The position numbers were made by a program, and so were the translations under genes. Below are positions 9,139 through 16,933 of a DNA stretch of 49,961 nt, piece by piece (position 1 is the stretch's first letter; every line of letters starts with the position of its first letter). Below the pieces are notes generated by a model. It was not told the origin of the DNA, did not search any database, and worked only from the letters and a program-made list of their open reading frames with translations. Source of the DNA: a bacterium (GTDB taxonomy: Bacteria > Gemmatimonadota > Gemmatimonadetes > Gemmatimonadales > JACORV01); assembly GCA_021787855.1 (NCBI GenBank), contig JAJYLI010000002.1:1-49961 (forward strand), in the 5' to 3' direction.

Positions 9139-9590
9139 AGAAGCAGGCCGTGTTCGAGACGGTGCGCGGGCGGATCGTGGCCGACCTGTTCCCGAAGGAG
9201 GCGCCGGGCACGGTGGCCAACTTCGAGAAGCTGGCCAACAGCGGGTTCTACGACGGGACGCGGTTCCACCGGGTGATCGAGAACTTCGTGGCGCAGGGCG
9301 GCGACCCGCTGTCGAAGGATCCGGCCAACCCGCGGGTCGGGACGGGCGGCCCGGGCTACACGATCAAGTGCGAGACGCGGGGCAACCCGCACCAGCACGA
9401 GGCGGGCTCCCTCTCGATGGCGCACGCGGGCAAGGACACCGGCGGCTCGCAGTTCTTCATCTGCCACGGCACGCTCAAGCACCTGGACGGCGTGCACACC
9501 GTGTTCGGGAAGGTGGAGACGGGGATGGACACGGTCCTGAAGATCCGGCAGGGCGACGTGGTGAACAGCATCCGCGTGCTGGACGCGTGA
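9135..9590 (+). CDS. cyclophilin-type peptidyl-prolyl cis-trans isomerase
   Basis: 151 aa. Motifs [31 protein letters not shown] and [15 protein letters not shown] overlap with greA. Confidence 0.92.
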   Translation: MKKQAVFETVRGRIVADLFPKEAPGTVANFEKLANSGFYDGTRFHRVIENFVAQGGDPLSKDPANPRVGTGGPGYTIKCETRGNPHQHEAGSLSMAHAGKDTGGSQFFICHGTLKHLDGVHTVFGKVETGMDTVLKIRQGDVVNSIRVLDA

Positions 9591-10039
9591 ACGTCCACCT
9601 CGCGCTGGTGTGCGACCACGCGATCATTGACCAGCACGGGAAGCTCTCCGTGCTGGGCATCTTCGACCGCATCTGGGTGGAGCGGTTCCCGGCCATCCAC
9701 CCCCGCCTGCACCTGGTGCTGCGGCTCAAGGGCCGCCGGACCGAGATCGGCAACCACACCGTCCTGATCCAGTTGGTGGATGCGCAGCTGCAGGAGATCC
9801 TGCGCGGCGAGGGCAATGTGGCCATCGGCGAGCCGCCGGCCGGGGTGGTGGACATCGAGGCGGCGGCGGTGCTGGCCTTCGACGTGCCGCTGGAGCGGCC
9901 GGGCGTCTACACGTTCGAGATCGCGGTGGACGGCGCGCACGCGGCCTCGGTGCCGATCAGCGTCACCCAGATGCCGGCGCCGGCCCACCCGGCCCCCCCC
10001 CAGCCTCCCCTTCCCCCGACCCCCCCGCTCATCAACTAG
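9587..10039 (+). CDS. hypothetical protein with proline-rich C-terminal tail
   Basis: GTG at 9587 overlaps the cyclophilin stop (GTGA). GC3 is high. The protein starts [29 protein letters not shown] and ends [21 protein letters not shown]. No family is assigned with confidence. Confidence 0.6.
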   Translation: MNVHLALVCDHAIIDQHGKLSVLGIFDRIWVERFPAIHPRLHLVLRLKGRRTEIGNHTVLIQLVDAQLQEILRGEGNVAIGEPPAGVVDIEAAAVLAFDVPLERPGVYTFEIAVDGAHAASVPISVTQMPAPAHPAPPQPPLPPTPPLIN

Positions 10040-10053
10040 CGACCCGGGGGCCT

Positions 10054-10165
10054 TCATCACCTCATCGCGTCATCACCTCCTCACGTCCCTGTCGCTTTTC
10101 CCGATCACCGTCCCCGCATTAGCTTATGGCTCACGTCATCCCCTCATCCCCTCATCACCTCCTCG
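10054..10165 (+). repeat. pyrimidine-rich intergenic tract with repeated TCATCACCTC(CTC) and CTCACGTC motifs
   Basis: TCATCACCTC at 10054, TCATCACCTCCTCA at 10070 and TCATCACCTCCTCG at 10152. CTCACGTC at 10080 and 10130. CTCATC(CC) is repeated at 10143 and 10151. Confidence 0.7.
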
Positions 10166-10177
10166 TTCGGACGCCCC

Positions 10178-10795
10178 ATGGACCGCACCGAAGCCCTCGC
10201 CTTGATGCACGAGTACACCCCCTCCGACGCGCTGCGGAAGCACATGTACGCGGTCGAGGCCGCCATGCGGGCGTACGCCCGGAAGGTCGGTGAGGACGAG
10301 GAGACCTGGGGCGTGGTCGGGCTGCTGCACGACTTCGACTACGAGCGCTGGCCCAACGCGAACCGCAGCCCCACCGAGGAGCATCCCTCCGAGGGCGCGA
10401 AGATCCTCGCGGCGCGCGGGTACCCGGAGCCGCTGCGACGGGCGATCCTGGCCCACGCATCCTATACGGGAGTGCCCCGCGACACGCCGGTCGCCAGGAC
10501 CCTGTACGCCGTGGACGAGCTGTGCGGGTTCCTGGTCGCCTGCGCCCTGGTGCGGCCGAGCCGCAGCCTGAGCGACCTGGAGGTGCCGTCGGTGAAGAAG
10601 AAGCTCAAGGACAAGGCGTTCGCGCGGAACGTCAACCGGGAGGAGATCCGCGAGGGCGCCCAGGAGCTCGGCGTCCCGCTGGAGGAGCACATCAGCTTTG
10701 TGATCAGCGCGCTGCGGCCGGTGGAGCAGACCCTCGGGCTGGGGGGCGGCGGCGGGGTGGCGGCCCCACCAACGCCCCCTCCGTCCTCTGCGTAA
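10178..10795 (+). CDS. HD-domain phosphohydrolase
   Basis: 205 aa. Motifs HMYAVEAAMRAY, GLLHDFDYE and EHPSEGAKIL. Confidence 0.85.
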   Translation: MDRTEALALMHEYTPSDALRKHMYAVEAAMRAYARKVGEDEETWGVVGLLHDFDYERWPNANRSPTEEHPSEGAKILAARGYPEPLRRAILAHASYTGVPRDTPVARTLYAVDELCGFLVACALVRPSRSLSDLEVPSVKKKLKDKAFARNVNREEIREGAQELGVPLEEHISFVISALRPVEQTLGLGGGGGVAAPPTPPPSSA

Positions 10796-10799
10796 TACA

Positions 10800-11357
10800 G
10801 TGGAACCGGACGGCGCGCTGGCGCTCCGGGCGGTCGCGGGCGACCGGGAGGCCTTCGGCGCGCTGGTCGAGCGGCACCAGGCGGCGGTTCGCCGACTGAC
10901 TCGCTCGGTGACGGGGGACGCGGCGGACGCGGACGACGCGGCGCAGGACGCGTTCCTCTCGGCGCTGGACCGGATCGAGACGTATGATCCGTCCCGGCCG
11001 TTCGGGCCCTGGCTGATGCGGATCGCGACCAACGCCGCGATTGACCTGGTGCGGCGGCGGGCGGTCCGCCGGGCGGCGGCGCTGGACGAGCAGGCGCCGG
11101 CGCGGGGCCCCTCGCCGGCGGGGGACGCGGAGTCGGCCGAGATCCGCGCGCGGCTCACGGCGGCGCTGGCGGCCCTGCCGGAGCGGCAGCGTGTGGCGGT
11201 GACGCTGTTCGACGCGGAAGGCTACTCGCACGCGGAGATCGCGGCCGTCCTGGAGATCCCGGAGGGGACGGTGCGGTCCGACGTGTTCCATGCCCGGCGG
11301 GCGCTGCGGGTTGCGCTCGAGGTCTTCGATCCCGGGCGACAGGTGGAGGAGCGATGA
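10800..11357 (+). CDS. ECF-type RNA polymerase sigma-70 factor
   Basis: 185 aa. Region 2 reads DAAQDAFLSALDRIETYDPSRPFGPWLMRIATNAAIDLVRRR. Region 4 reads LPERQRVAVTLFDAEGYSHAEIAAVLEIPEGTVRSDVFHARRAL. Confidence 0.92.
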   Translation: MEPDGALALRAVAGDREAFGALVERHQAAVRRLTRSVTGDAADADDAAQDAFLSALDRIETYDPSRPFGPWLMRIATNAAIDLVRRRAVRRAAALDEQAPARGPSPAGDAESAEIRARLTAALAALPERQRVAVTLFDAEGYSHAEIAAVLEIPEGTVRSDVFHARRALRVALEVFDPGRQVEER

Positions 11358-11677
11358 ACGAGCAGCTCAAGCGGATGCTCTCCCCGGAGGACGACGGTCG
11401 CGCGTTCACCGACGCCGTGCTGCTCCGGGCGGCCGGGGCGCTGCACCGGCGGCGGGCGGCCGCGACGCGGCGGGCGGATCGCCCGGCGTGGACCTGGCTG
11501 GAGGCGTGGGCGCGGCCGTGGCTCATCGCCGCGATCGTGGGGCTGGCGCTGGCCGTCGCGCTGCCCGCGCTCGAGCGCGCGTGGAGCCAGCCCTCGGCCG
11601 AGCCGAGCCTGACGGCGGATCTGGTGGGCGCCGGCCCCGCCACGTCGTACGTGCTCGCCGAAACGCTGGGGAACTAG
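11354..11677 (+). CDS. putative membrane-anchored anti-sigma factor
   Basis: ATGA overlap with the ECF sigma gene. One predicted TM segment (PWLIAAIVGLALAVALPAL). The call rests on position and topology only. Confidence 0.55.
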   Translation: MNEQLKRMLSPEDDGRAFTDAVLLRAAGALHRRRAAATRRADRPAWTWLEAWARPWLIAAIVGLALAVALPALERAWSQPSAEPSLTADLVGAGPATSYVLAETLGN

Positions 11678-11686
11678 GGCGCGCCG

Positions 11687-12094
11687 ATGTTCAACCGGTC
11701 GAAGGTCTGGGCGATCACGCTGCTGGTGGCGGTGGCCCTGGCGGGCCTGGTGGCCGGGGCCGCGCTGGAGGGCTGGGCGGCCGGCCGGCACCGCCACCAC
11801 GACGCCCACGAGACGTACTCGGGCTACCTCGCCCGCAAGCTGGGGCTGAGCCCGGCGCAGCACGACTCGGTGGTGGCCATCCTGCGCCGCCACCGGCCGG
11901 AGATCCGGGCGCTGTTCCTGACCATTCGCCCGGCGCTCGACACGGCCCGCGCCAGGGTCGCCGACGAGATCCGCCTCATCCTGACTCCCGCGCAGCGGGA
12001 GACGTACCAGCGGCTGCTGGATCGCGACCGGGCGGAGCGCGCCCGGGCCGACAGCGTGGCGGCCGCGCAAGCGCACGAGAACCTGAAGCCATGA
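11687..12094 (+). CDS. periplasmic Spy/CpxP-like ('heavy-metal sensor' type) protein
   Basis: Signal/TM N-terminus, a His-rich patch HRHHDAHE, and repeated L(S/T)PAQ motifs (LGLSPAQHD, LTPAQRETYQRLL). Confidence 0.65.
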   Translation: MFNRSKVWAITLLVAVALAGLVAGAALEGWAAGRHRHHDAHETYSGYLARKLGLSPAQHDSVVAILRRHRPEIRALFLTIRPALDTARARVADEIRLILTPAQRETYQRLLDRDRAERARADSVAAAQAHENLKP

Positions 12095-13524
12095 TGAGTG
12101 TTCGCACCTGGATGACGACCTGCGCGCTGGCCGCCGGCCTGGCGGCGCCCGCACTCGCGCAGCAGCCCACGCAGCCGGCGGCGCCGGCTCCCGCCCAGCC
12201 CACCCCCGCGGCCGCGGCCGCGGCCGACAGCGGCGTGCTCTCGTCCGAGGGCTGGAACGCGCAGCGGGTCACGCTGGCCCAGGCGCTCGAGATGGCGCGG
12301 GCGAACAACCCGCTGCAGGTGCAGGCCCAGGAGAACGTGCGCGTCGCCAACATGGGGCGGCTGCAGGCCATCGGCTCCTACCTGCCGACGATCAATGCCA
12401 ACGCCAGCTCGTCGAAGAGCAGCAGCCAGCGGCCGGACTACACGGGCGCCATTGTCAGCGCGCCGTCCGACGTCTCGTCGCTCGGCATCAGCGCCAATCT
12501 CAACCTGTTCACGGGCTTCCAGCGGGGGGCGCAGCGCCGGCTGGCGAACGCGACGGCCGACCTCGACCGGGCGGCCCTGGTGGGGCAGACCTACGCGACC
12601 GACCTGGCGACCAAGCAGGCGTTCTTCAACGCGCTGGCCACGCAGGAGCTGGTGGGCGTGTCCCAGGCCAACGTGGCGCAGACCGAGCAGCAACTCAAGC
12701 TGACCGCGGAGAAGCTGCGGCTGGGCGCGACCACGCGCTCCGATTCGCTCACGGCGAGCGTGGCCTACGGCACCGCGGAGGTGCAGCTCATCCAGGCGCG
12801 CGCCAACGCGCTCACGGCCCAGGCCAACCTGGCGCGCGCCATCGGGGCGGCGGGCCTGGCCGCCCCCGTGCGGGACCCCACGCTGGAGATCCGGCTGGTG
12901 AGCCTGGATACCGCCGCGCTGCGGCGGGAGGCCGAAGCCAACGCCCCCTCGGTGCTCCAGGCCACGGCGAGCGTGGCCGCGGCCCGCGCCTCGCAGTCGG
13001 CGAGCCGGTCCTCCCTGTGGCCGACGATCTCGCTGTCGGCGAGCGACCGGTGGAGCGGCCAGCTGCTGTTTCCGTGGAGCGCGGCGCCCATCAACACGAC
13101 GACCGGCCTGCCCACGCAGAAGTATCTCGGGTCCTGGAACGTCGGCCTGAGCGTCTCCTACCCCCTGTTCAACGGGTTCCAGCGCGAGGCCGGCATGGTC
13201 GTGGCGGACGCCAACGTGCGCACGTCCGAGGCCAGGCTGCGCGACGCGCAGCTGGCGCTGGACGCGAGTCTCACGCAGGACCTGACCGCGCTGCAGGCCG
13301 CGGGCGCGCAGATTGACGTGTCCCGCACGTCGGTCGCCGCCGCCGAGGAGGCGCTGCGGATGCAGCAGGAGCGCTACCGCCTCGGCGCCGCGACCATCGT
13401 GGACCTGCTCACCGCGGAGACGGCCTTGAACCAGGCCCAGGTGAGCCTGGTCCAGTCGCGCTACAGCTATCTCATCGCCCGGGCGCAGCTCGAGGCGCTG
13501 GTGGGACACGCGCTGGCGGAGTGA
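12091..13524 (+). CDS. TolC-family outer-membrane efflux protein
   Basis: ATG 12091 overlaps the upstream stop (ATGATGA). Signal peptide ...AAPALAQQ. Two tandem OEP repeats with typical coiled-coil Q/A/L-rich segments. Same frame as ORF 11290..13524. Confidence 0.85.
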   Translation: MMSVRTWMTTCALAAGLAAPALAQQPTQPAAPAPAQPTPAAAAAADSGVLSSEGWNAQRVTLAQALEMARANNPLQVQAQENVRVANMGRLQAIGSYLPTINANASSSKSSSQRPDYTGAIVSAPSDVSSLGISANLNLFTGFQRGAQRRLANATADLDRAALVGQTYATDLATKQAFFNALATQELVGVSQANVAQTEQQLKLTAEKLRLGATTRSDSLTASVAYGTAEVQLIQARANALTAQANLARAIGAAGLAAPVRDPTLEIRLVSLDTAALRREAEANAPSVLQATASVAAARASQSASRSSLWPTISLSASDRWSGQLLFPWSAAPINTTTGLPTQKYLGSWNVGLSVSYPLFNGFQREAGMVVADANVRTSEARLRDAQLALDASLTQDLTALQAAGAQIDVSRTSVAAAEEALRMQQERYRLGAATIVDLLTAETALNQAQVSLVQSRYSYLIARAQLEALVGHALAE

Positions 13525-13561
13525 GGCGCCGCGGGCCGGCAGGCGCTAAATTCTCCCGCCC

Positions 13562-15943
13562 ATGCTCGTTGCCCTCGCGCTGGCCCTCGCCGTACAGGCT
13601 CCCGCCGCGCCGCGCGTCCCCGCCAACTCGGGCCCGCGCTACGACGGCCGCGAGCACCAGCTCCATGTCGAGATTCCCCGCGTGGACACCACCATCACCA
13701 TTGATGGCGTCCTCGACGAGCCGGTGTGGCGGCGGGCCGCGCGCCTGGTGGGCTTCTCCCAGTACCAGCCGCAGGACGGCGTGCCCGCCGTGGAGCCCAC
13801 CGAGGTCCTGGTGTGGTATTCGCCCACCGCCATCTACTTCGGCATCATCGCGCGCTCGCTCCACGGCCCGGTCCACGCCACCCACGCCGAGCGCGACAAC
13901 ATTGACGCCGACGACTACGTCCAGATCCTGCTCGACACCTACGACGACCGGCGGCGCGCCTTCCTGTTCGGCGTGAACCCGTTCGGCGTGCAGCAGGACG
14001 GCGTCCGCAGCGACGCCTACGCCGGCGGCGCGGGCGGCGCCTCGGGGCTGGGCGGCGGGCTCGGCGCGATGGACATCCTCAACGGCAACGTGGACCTGAA
14101 CCCCGACTACATCTGGCAGTCGCGCGGGCGGCTGCTGCCGGGCGGCACCGGCTACGAGGTCGAGGTCCGCATTCCGTTCAAGAGCCTGCGCTACGCCGGC
14201 GGCAAGGTGCAGACCTGGGGCATCAACATCCTGCGGCGGGTGCAGTACTCGGGCTACCAGGACTCCTGGGCCCCGGTCGTCCGGGCCAGCGCCAGTTTCC
14301 TCAACCAGTCGGGATGGCTGGAGGGGCTCACCGGCCTCCACCGCGGCCTGGTCCTGAACGTCACCCCCGAAGCGACCGAGCGCGTGAACGGCGCGCCGGA
14401 CAGCGGCGGCACGGGCTATCACTACGGGCACGACGAGGAGCTGGGCGCGGACGTGCATTACGGCGTCACGCCGAACCTCTCGCTCGACGGCACGATCAAC
14501 CCCGACTTCTCCCAGGTCGAGGCCGACGTCGCCCAGGTGACGCTGAACCAGCGGTTCGCGCTGTTCTACCCGGAGAAGCGGCCCTTCTTCCTCGACGGGC
14601 TGGAGCTGTTCGACACGCCCAACCAGCTCATCTACACGCGGCGCATGGCGAGCCTGCGCGCCGGCGCCAAGCTCGCCGGCAAGGTGGGCCCCTGGACCAT
14701 CGCGTCCATCGTCACCTCCGATTCGCGCTCCGAGTCCGCCACCGGCAGCCACCCGCTGTTCGGCGTCACCCGCCTCCGCTACGATCTCGGCCCGACCTCC
14801 AACGCCGGGCTCGTGGCCACCACCCGCGAGGACGGCGGACAGTTCTCGCGCCTGTTCGGCGCCGACGTGCACATCGTCCACAACCGGCTCTACTACGTGG
14901 AGCTGCAGGAAGTGGGCTCCTGGACCCACGACTCGACGGGATTCCACCGCGGCACGCTGAGCCAGGCCACCTGGGACCGCACCGGGCGCGCGTGGGGCTT
15001 TCACCTGGACATGCACGCCATCGCGCCGGACTTCGAGGCCGCGGCGGGCTTCGTGAACCGGACCGGCATCGCGCAGGCCAGCTACTTCAACCGCCTCACC
15101 GCCTACGGCAAGCCCGGGGCGTGGCTGGAGACGGTCTCCAGCTTCCAGGACATCAACCGCATCTGGTCGTACGACAGCATCGGGAAGCAGGCCATCGAGG
15201 GCGGCGAGCGCGTCAACCTGCAGGGCACGCTGCGCGGCTGGTGGCAGCCCAGCCTGAGCGTGAGCCGGAACTTCTACCGCTTCGACGCCACCTCGCCCGG
15301 GTACCTCGGCACGCCGTACGGCGCGTACCGCGTGCTGCGGGCGCCGGGGGACACCGTCGCGTTCACCGTGCCGGCGCTGCTCGACAACCTCTTCGAGGTG
15401 GGCGCGAGCCTCACCACGCCCGCGTGGCAGCAGCTCACCGCGTCGGCCACCATCCAGTACGGCGCCACGGCCAACTTCGCCGAGGCCGCGCGCGCCACCA
15501 GCACGTCGCTCGCGGCCGAAGTGGACCTCCGGCCCACCCGCGCGGTCCGGGTCACGGCGCAGTACTCGCGGCTGGTGATCTACCGCCAGAACCGGAGCTG
15601 GTTCTCCAGCGAGGACATCCCGCGGCTCAAGGTCGAGTACCAGGCCAGCCGCTCGATCTTCTTCCGGGTCGTGGGCCAGTACACCAGCCTGCGGAGCGAC
15701 GCGCTCCGGGACCCCGCGACCGGCCTGCCGATCGTCATCGGCTCGGCGGTGGCGGCGCCTTCCAGCAGCGAGGACTTCCGGGTGGACTGGCTGTTCTCCT
15801 ACCGGCCCAGCCCGGGCACGCTGCTGTACCTGGGCTACGGCGCCTCGTGCTCCGCGTTCGACGTGGCGTGCGCCGTGGGCCGGCAGCAGGGCCGCACCGC
15901 CGACGGCTTCTTCGCCAAGATCTCCTACTTGTTCGGGACCTGA
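13562..15943 (+). CDS. CBM9-like / DUF5916-type outer-membrane-associated protein
   Basis: 793 aa with a signal peptide. The N-terminus ITIDGVLDEPVWRRA...FSQYQPQDG is typical of the CBM9/DUF5916 family as I recall it. The rest is long and beta-rich, ending ...KISYLFGT. Confidence 0.75.
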   Translation: MLVALALALAVQAPAAPRVPANSGPRYDGREHQLHVEIPRVDTTITIDGVLDEPVWRRAARLVGFSQYQPQDGVPAVEPTEVLVWYSPTAIYFGIIARSLHGPVHATHAERDNIDADDYVQILLDTYDDRRRAFLFGVNPFGVQQDGVRSDAYAGGAGGASGLGGGLGAMDILNGNVDLNPDYIWQSRGRLLPGGTGYEVEVRIPFKSLRYAGGKVQTWGINILRRVQYSGYQDSWAPVVRASASFLNQSGWLEGLTGLHRGLVLNVTPEATERVNGAPDSGGTGYHYGHDEELGADVHYGVTPNLSLDGTINPDFSQVEADVAQVTLNQRFALFYPEKRPFFLDGLELFDTPNQLIYTRRMASLRAGAKLAGKVGPWTIASIVTSDSRSESATGSHPLFGVTRLRYDLGPTSNAGLVATTREDGGQFSRLFGADVHIVHNRLYYVELQEVGSWTHDSTGFHRGTLSQATWDRTGRAWGFHLDMHAIAPDFEAAAGFVNRTGIAQASYFNRLTAYGKPGAWLETVSSFQDINRIWSYDSIGKQAIEGGERVNLQGTLRGWWQPSLSVSRNFYRFDATSPGYLGTPYGAYRVLRAPGDTVAFTVPALLDNLFEVGASLTTPAWQQLTASATIQYGATANFAEAARATSTSLAAEVDLRPTRAVRVTAQYSRLVIYRQNRSWFSSEDIPRLKVEYQASRSIFFRVVGQYTSLRSDALRDPATGLPIVIGSAVAAPSSSEDFRVDWLFSYRPSPGTLLYLGYGASCSAFDVACAVGRQQGRTADGFFAKISYLFGT

Positions 15944-16887
15944 GCCGCGGCCGCGCCGGCCGCCGGCCAGGTCCGCGCGACGCCGTCCTCCAGCTCGGCC
16001 ATGGGCCGCGTGTAGCCCGCAGCCCGGAGCGCCGTGAGGTCCGCCTCCGTGAAGCTCTGGTACCTGGCCGCCAGGCCGGGCGGGAAGGGGATGTAGGTCA
16101 CCCGGCCGCCGCTCTTCATCCCGCCCAGGATCCGCGCGATGTCGTTGAAGCTCCGGCTCTTGCCGGTGCCGACGTTGTAGATGCCGACGCGGGCCGGCGC
16201 GCGGAGGAAGTGCAGGTTGACGGCGGCGACGTCCTCCACCCACACGAAGTCGCGGCGCTGCTCGCCGGCGCCGTAGCCGCCCGAGCCCTCGAACAGCCGC
16301 ATCTCGCCCCGCGACGCGAGCTGACCCGCGAGCTGCCAGACCATCGAGGCCATCCGCCCTTTGTGCGCCTCGCCCGCGCCGTACACGTTGTAGTAGCGCA
16401 ACCCCACGACCGTGCTCGTGGCCGCGGCCGCCACGCGGCGGACGTAGCGGTCGAACAGCGCCTTCGAGAAGGCGTACAGGTTGAGCGGCTCCTCGTTGGC
16501 CGGAGCCTCGGTGCACCGGCCGCGGTTCCCGTACACCGAGGCGCTGGAGGCGTACACGAAGGGGATGCCGCGCTCCAGGGCGAAGCGCAGCAGCGCCTTG
16601 GAGTAGGCGTAGTTGACCTGCATGACGTACGCGCCGTCGGTGGCCGTGGTATCGGTGCACGCGCCCTGGTGGAGGATGCCGCTGATCCCGTCCACCTTCC
16701 CGGCCTCGAGGGCGGCCAGGAACGCGTCCCGCTCGAGGTAGTCGGCGATCCCGGCCGTCCTCAGGTTGGCCCACTTGTCGCCGCCGCCCAGGTGGTCCAC
16801 GACCAGGATGTCGGTGAAGCCCTCCCGGTTGAGCGCCGCGACGAGATTGCTCCCCACGAACCCGGCCCCGCCCGTCACCACGAGCAT
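15925..16887 (-). CDS. hldD: ADP-L-glycero-D-manno-heptose 6-epimerase
   Basis: MLVVTGGAGFVGSNLVAALNREGFTDILVVDHL...GDKWANL matches the HldD N-terminus, and the SDR catalytic YAFSK is present. The internal ATG at 16887 is preferred over the ORF start at 16944. Confidence 0.9.
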   Translation of the reverse strand: MLVVTGGAGFVGSNLVAALNREGFTDILVVDHLGGGDKWANLRTAGIADYLERDAFLAALEAGKVDGISGILHQGACTDTTATDGAYVMQVNYAYSKALLRFALERGIPFVYASSASVYGNRGRCTEAPANEEPLNLYAFSKALFDRYVRRVAAAATSTVVGLRYYNVYGAGEAHKGRMASMVWQLAGQLASRGEMRLFEGSGGYGAGEQRRDFVWVEDVAAVNLHFLRAPARVGIYNVGTGKSRSFNDIARILGGMKSGGRVTYIPFPPGLAARYQSFTEADLTALRAAGYTRPMAELEDGVARTWPAAGAAAAQVPNK

Positions 16888-16933
16888 GCAGTCCCCGTTG
16901 TCTGGTGTGGAGGCTAATTTGCCTAGGACGCCC

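Noticed and set aside
10051-10170. Possible CRISPR array or 16S rRNA 3' fragment, because of the repeated CACCTCCT-containing motifs
   Set aside because: The repeats are only 10-14 nt long, irregularly spaced and few in number. There are no cas genes and no flanking rRNA sequence. I kept it as an unexplained repeat-rich leader instead.
13472-16774. 1100-aa ORF on the minus strand, the longest in that region
   Set aside because: It is antisense to the well-supported DUF5916 gene and out of frame with hldD. The translation is Arg/Gly/Pro/Ala-rich with no motifs. Long open antisense frames like this are typical of high-GC DNA.
16766-16933. N-terminal extension of the radical SAM ORF
   Set aside because: This stretch is antisense to the 5' end of hldD and includes the AT-rich divergent spacer. 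ATG 16934 gives an N-terminus (MSRTSPPG...ILLVSCYELGHQP) consistent with the B12-binding-like domain.
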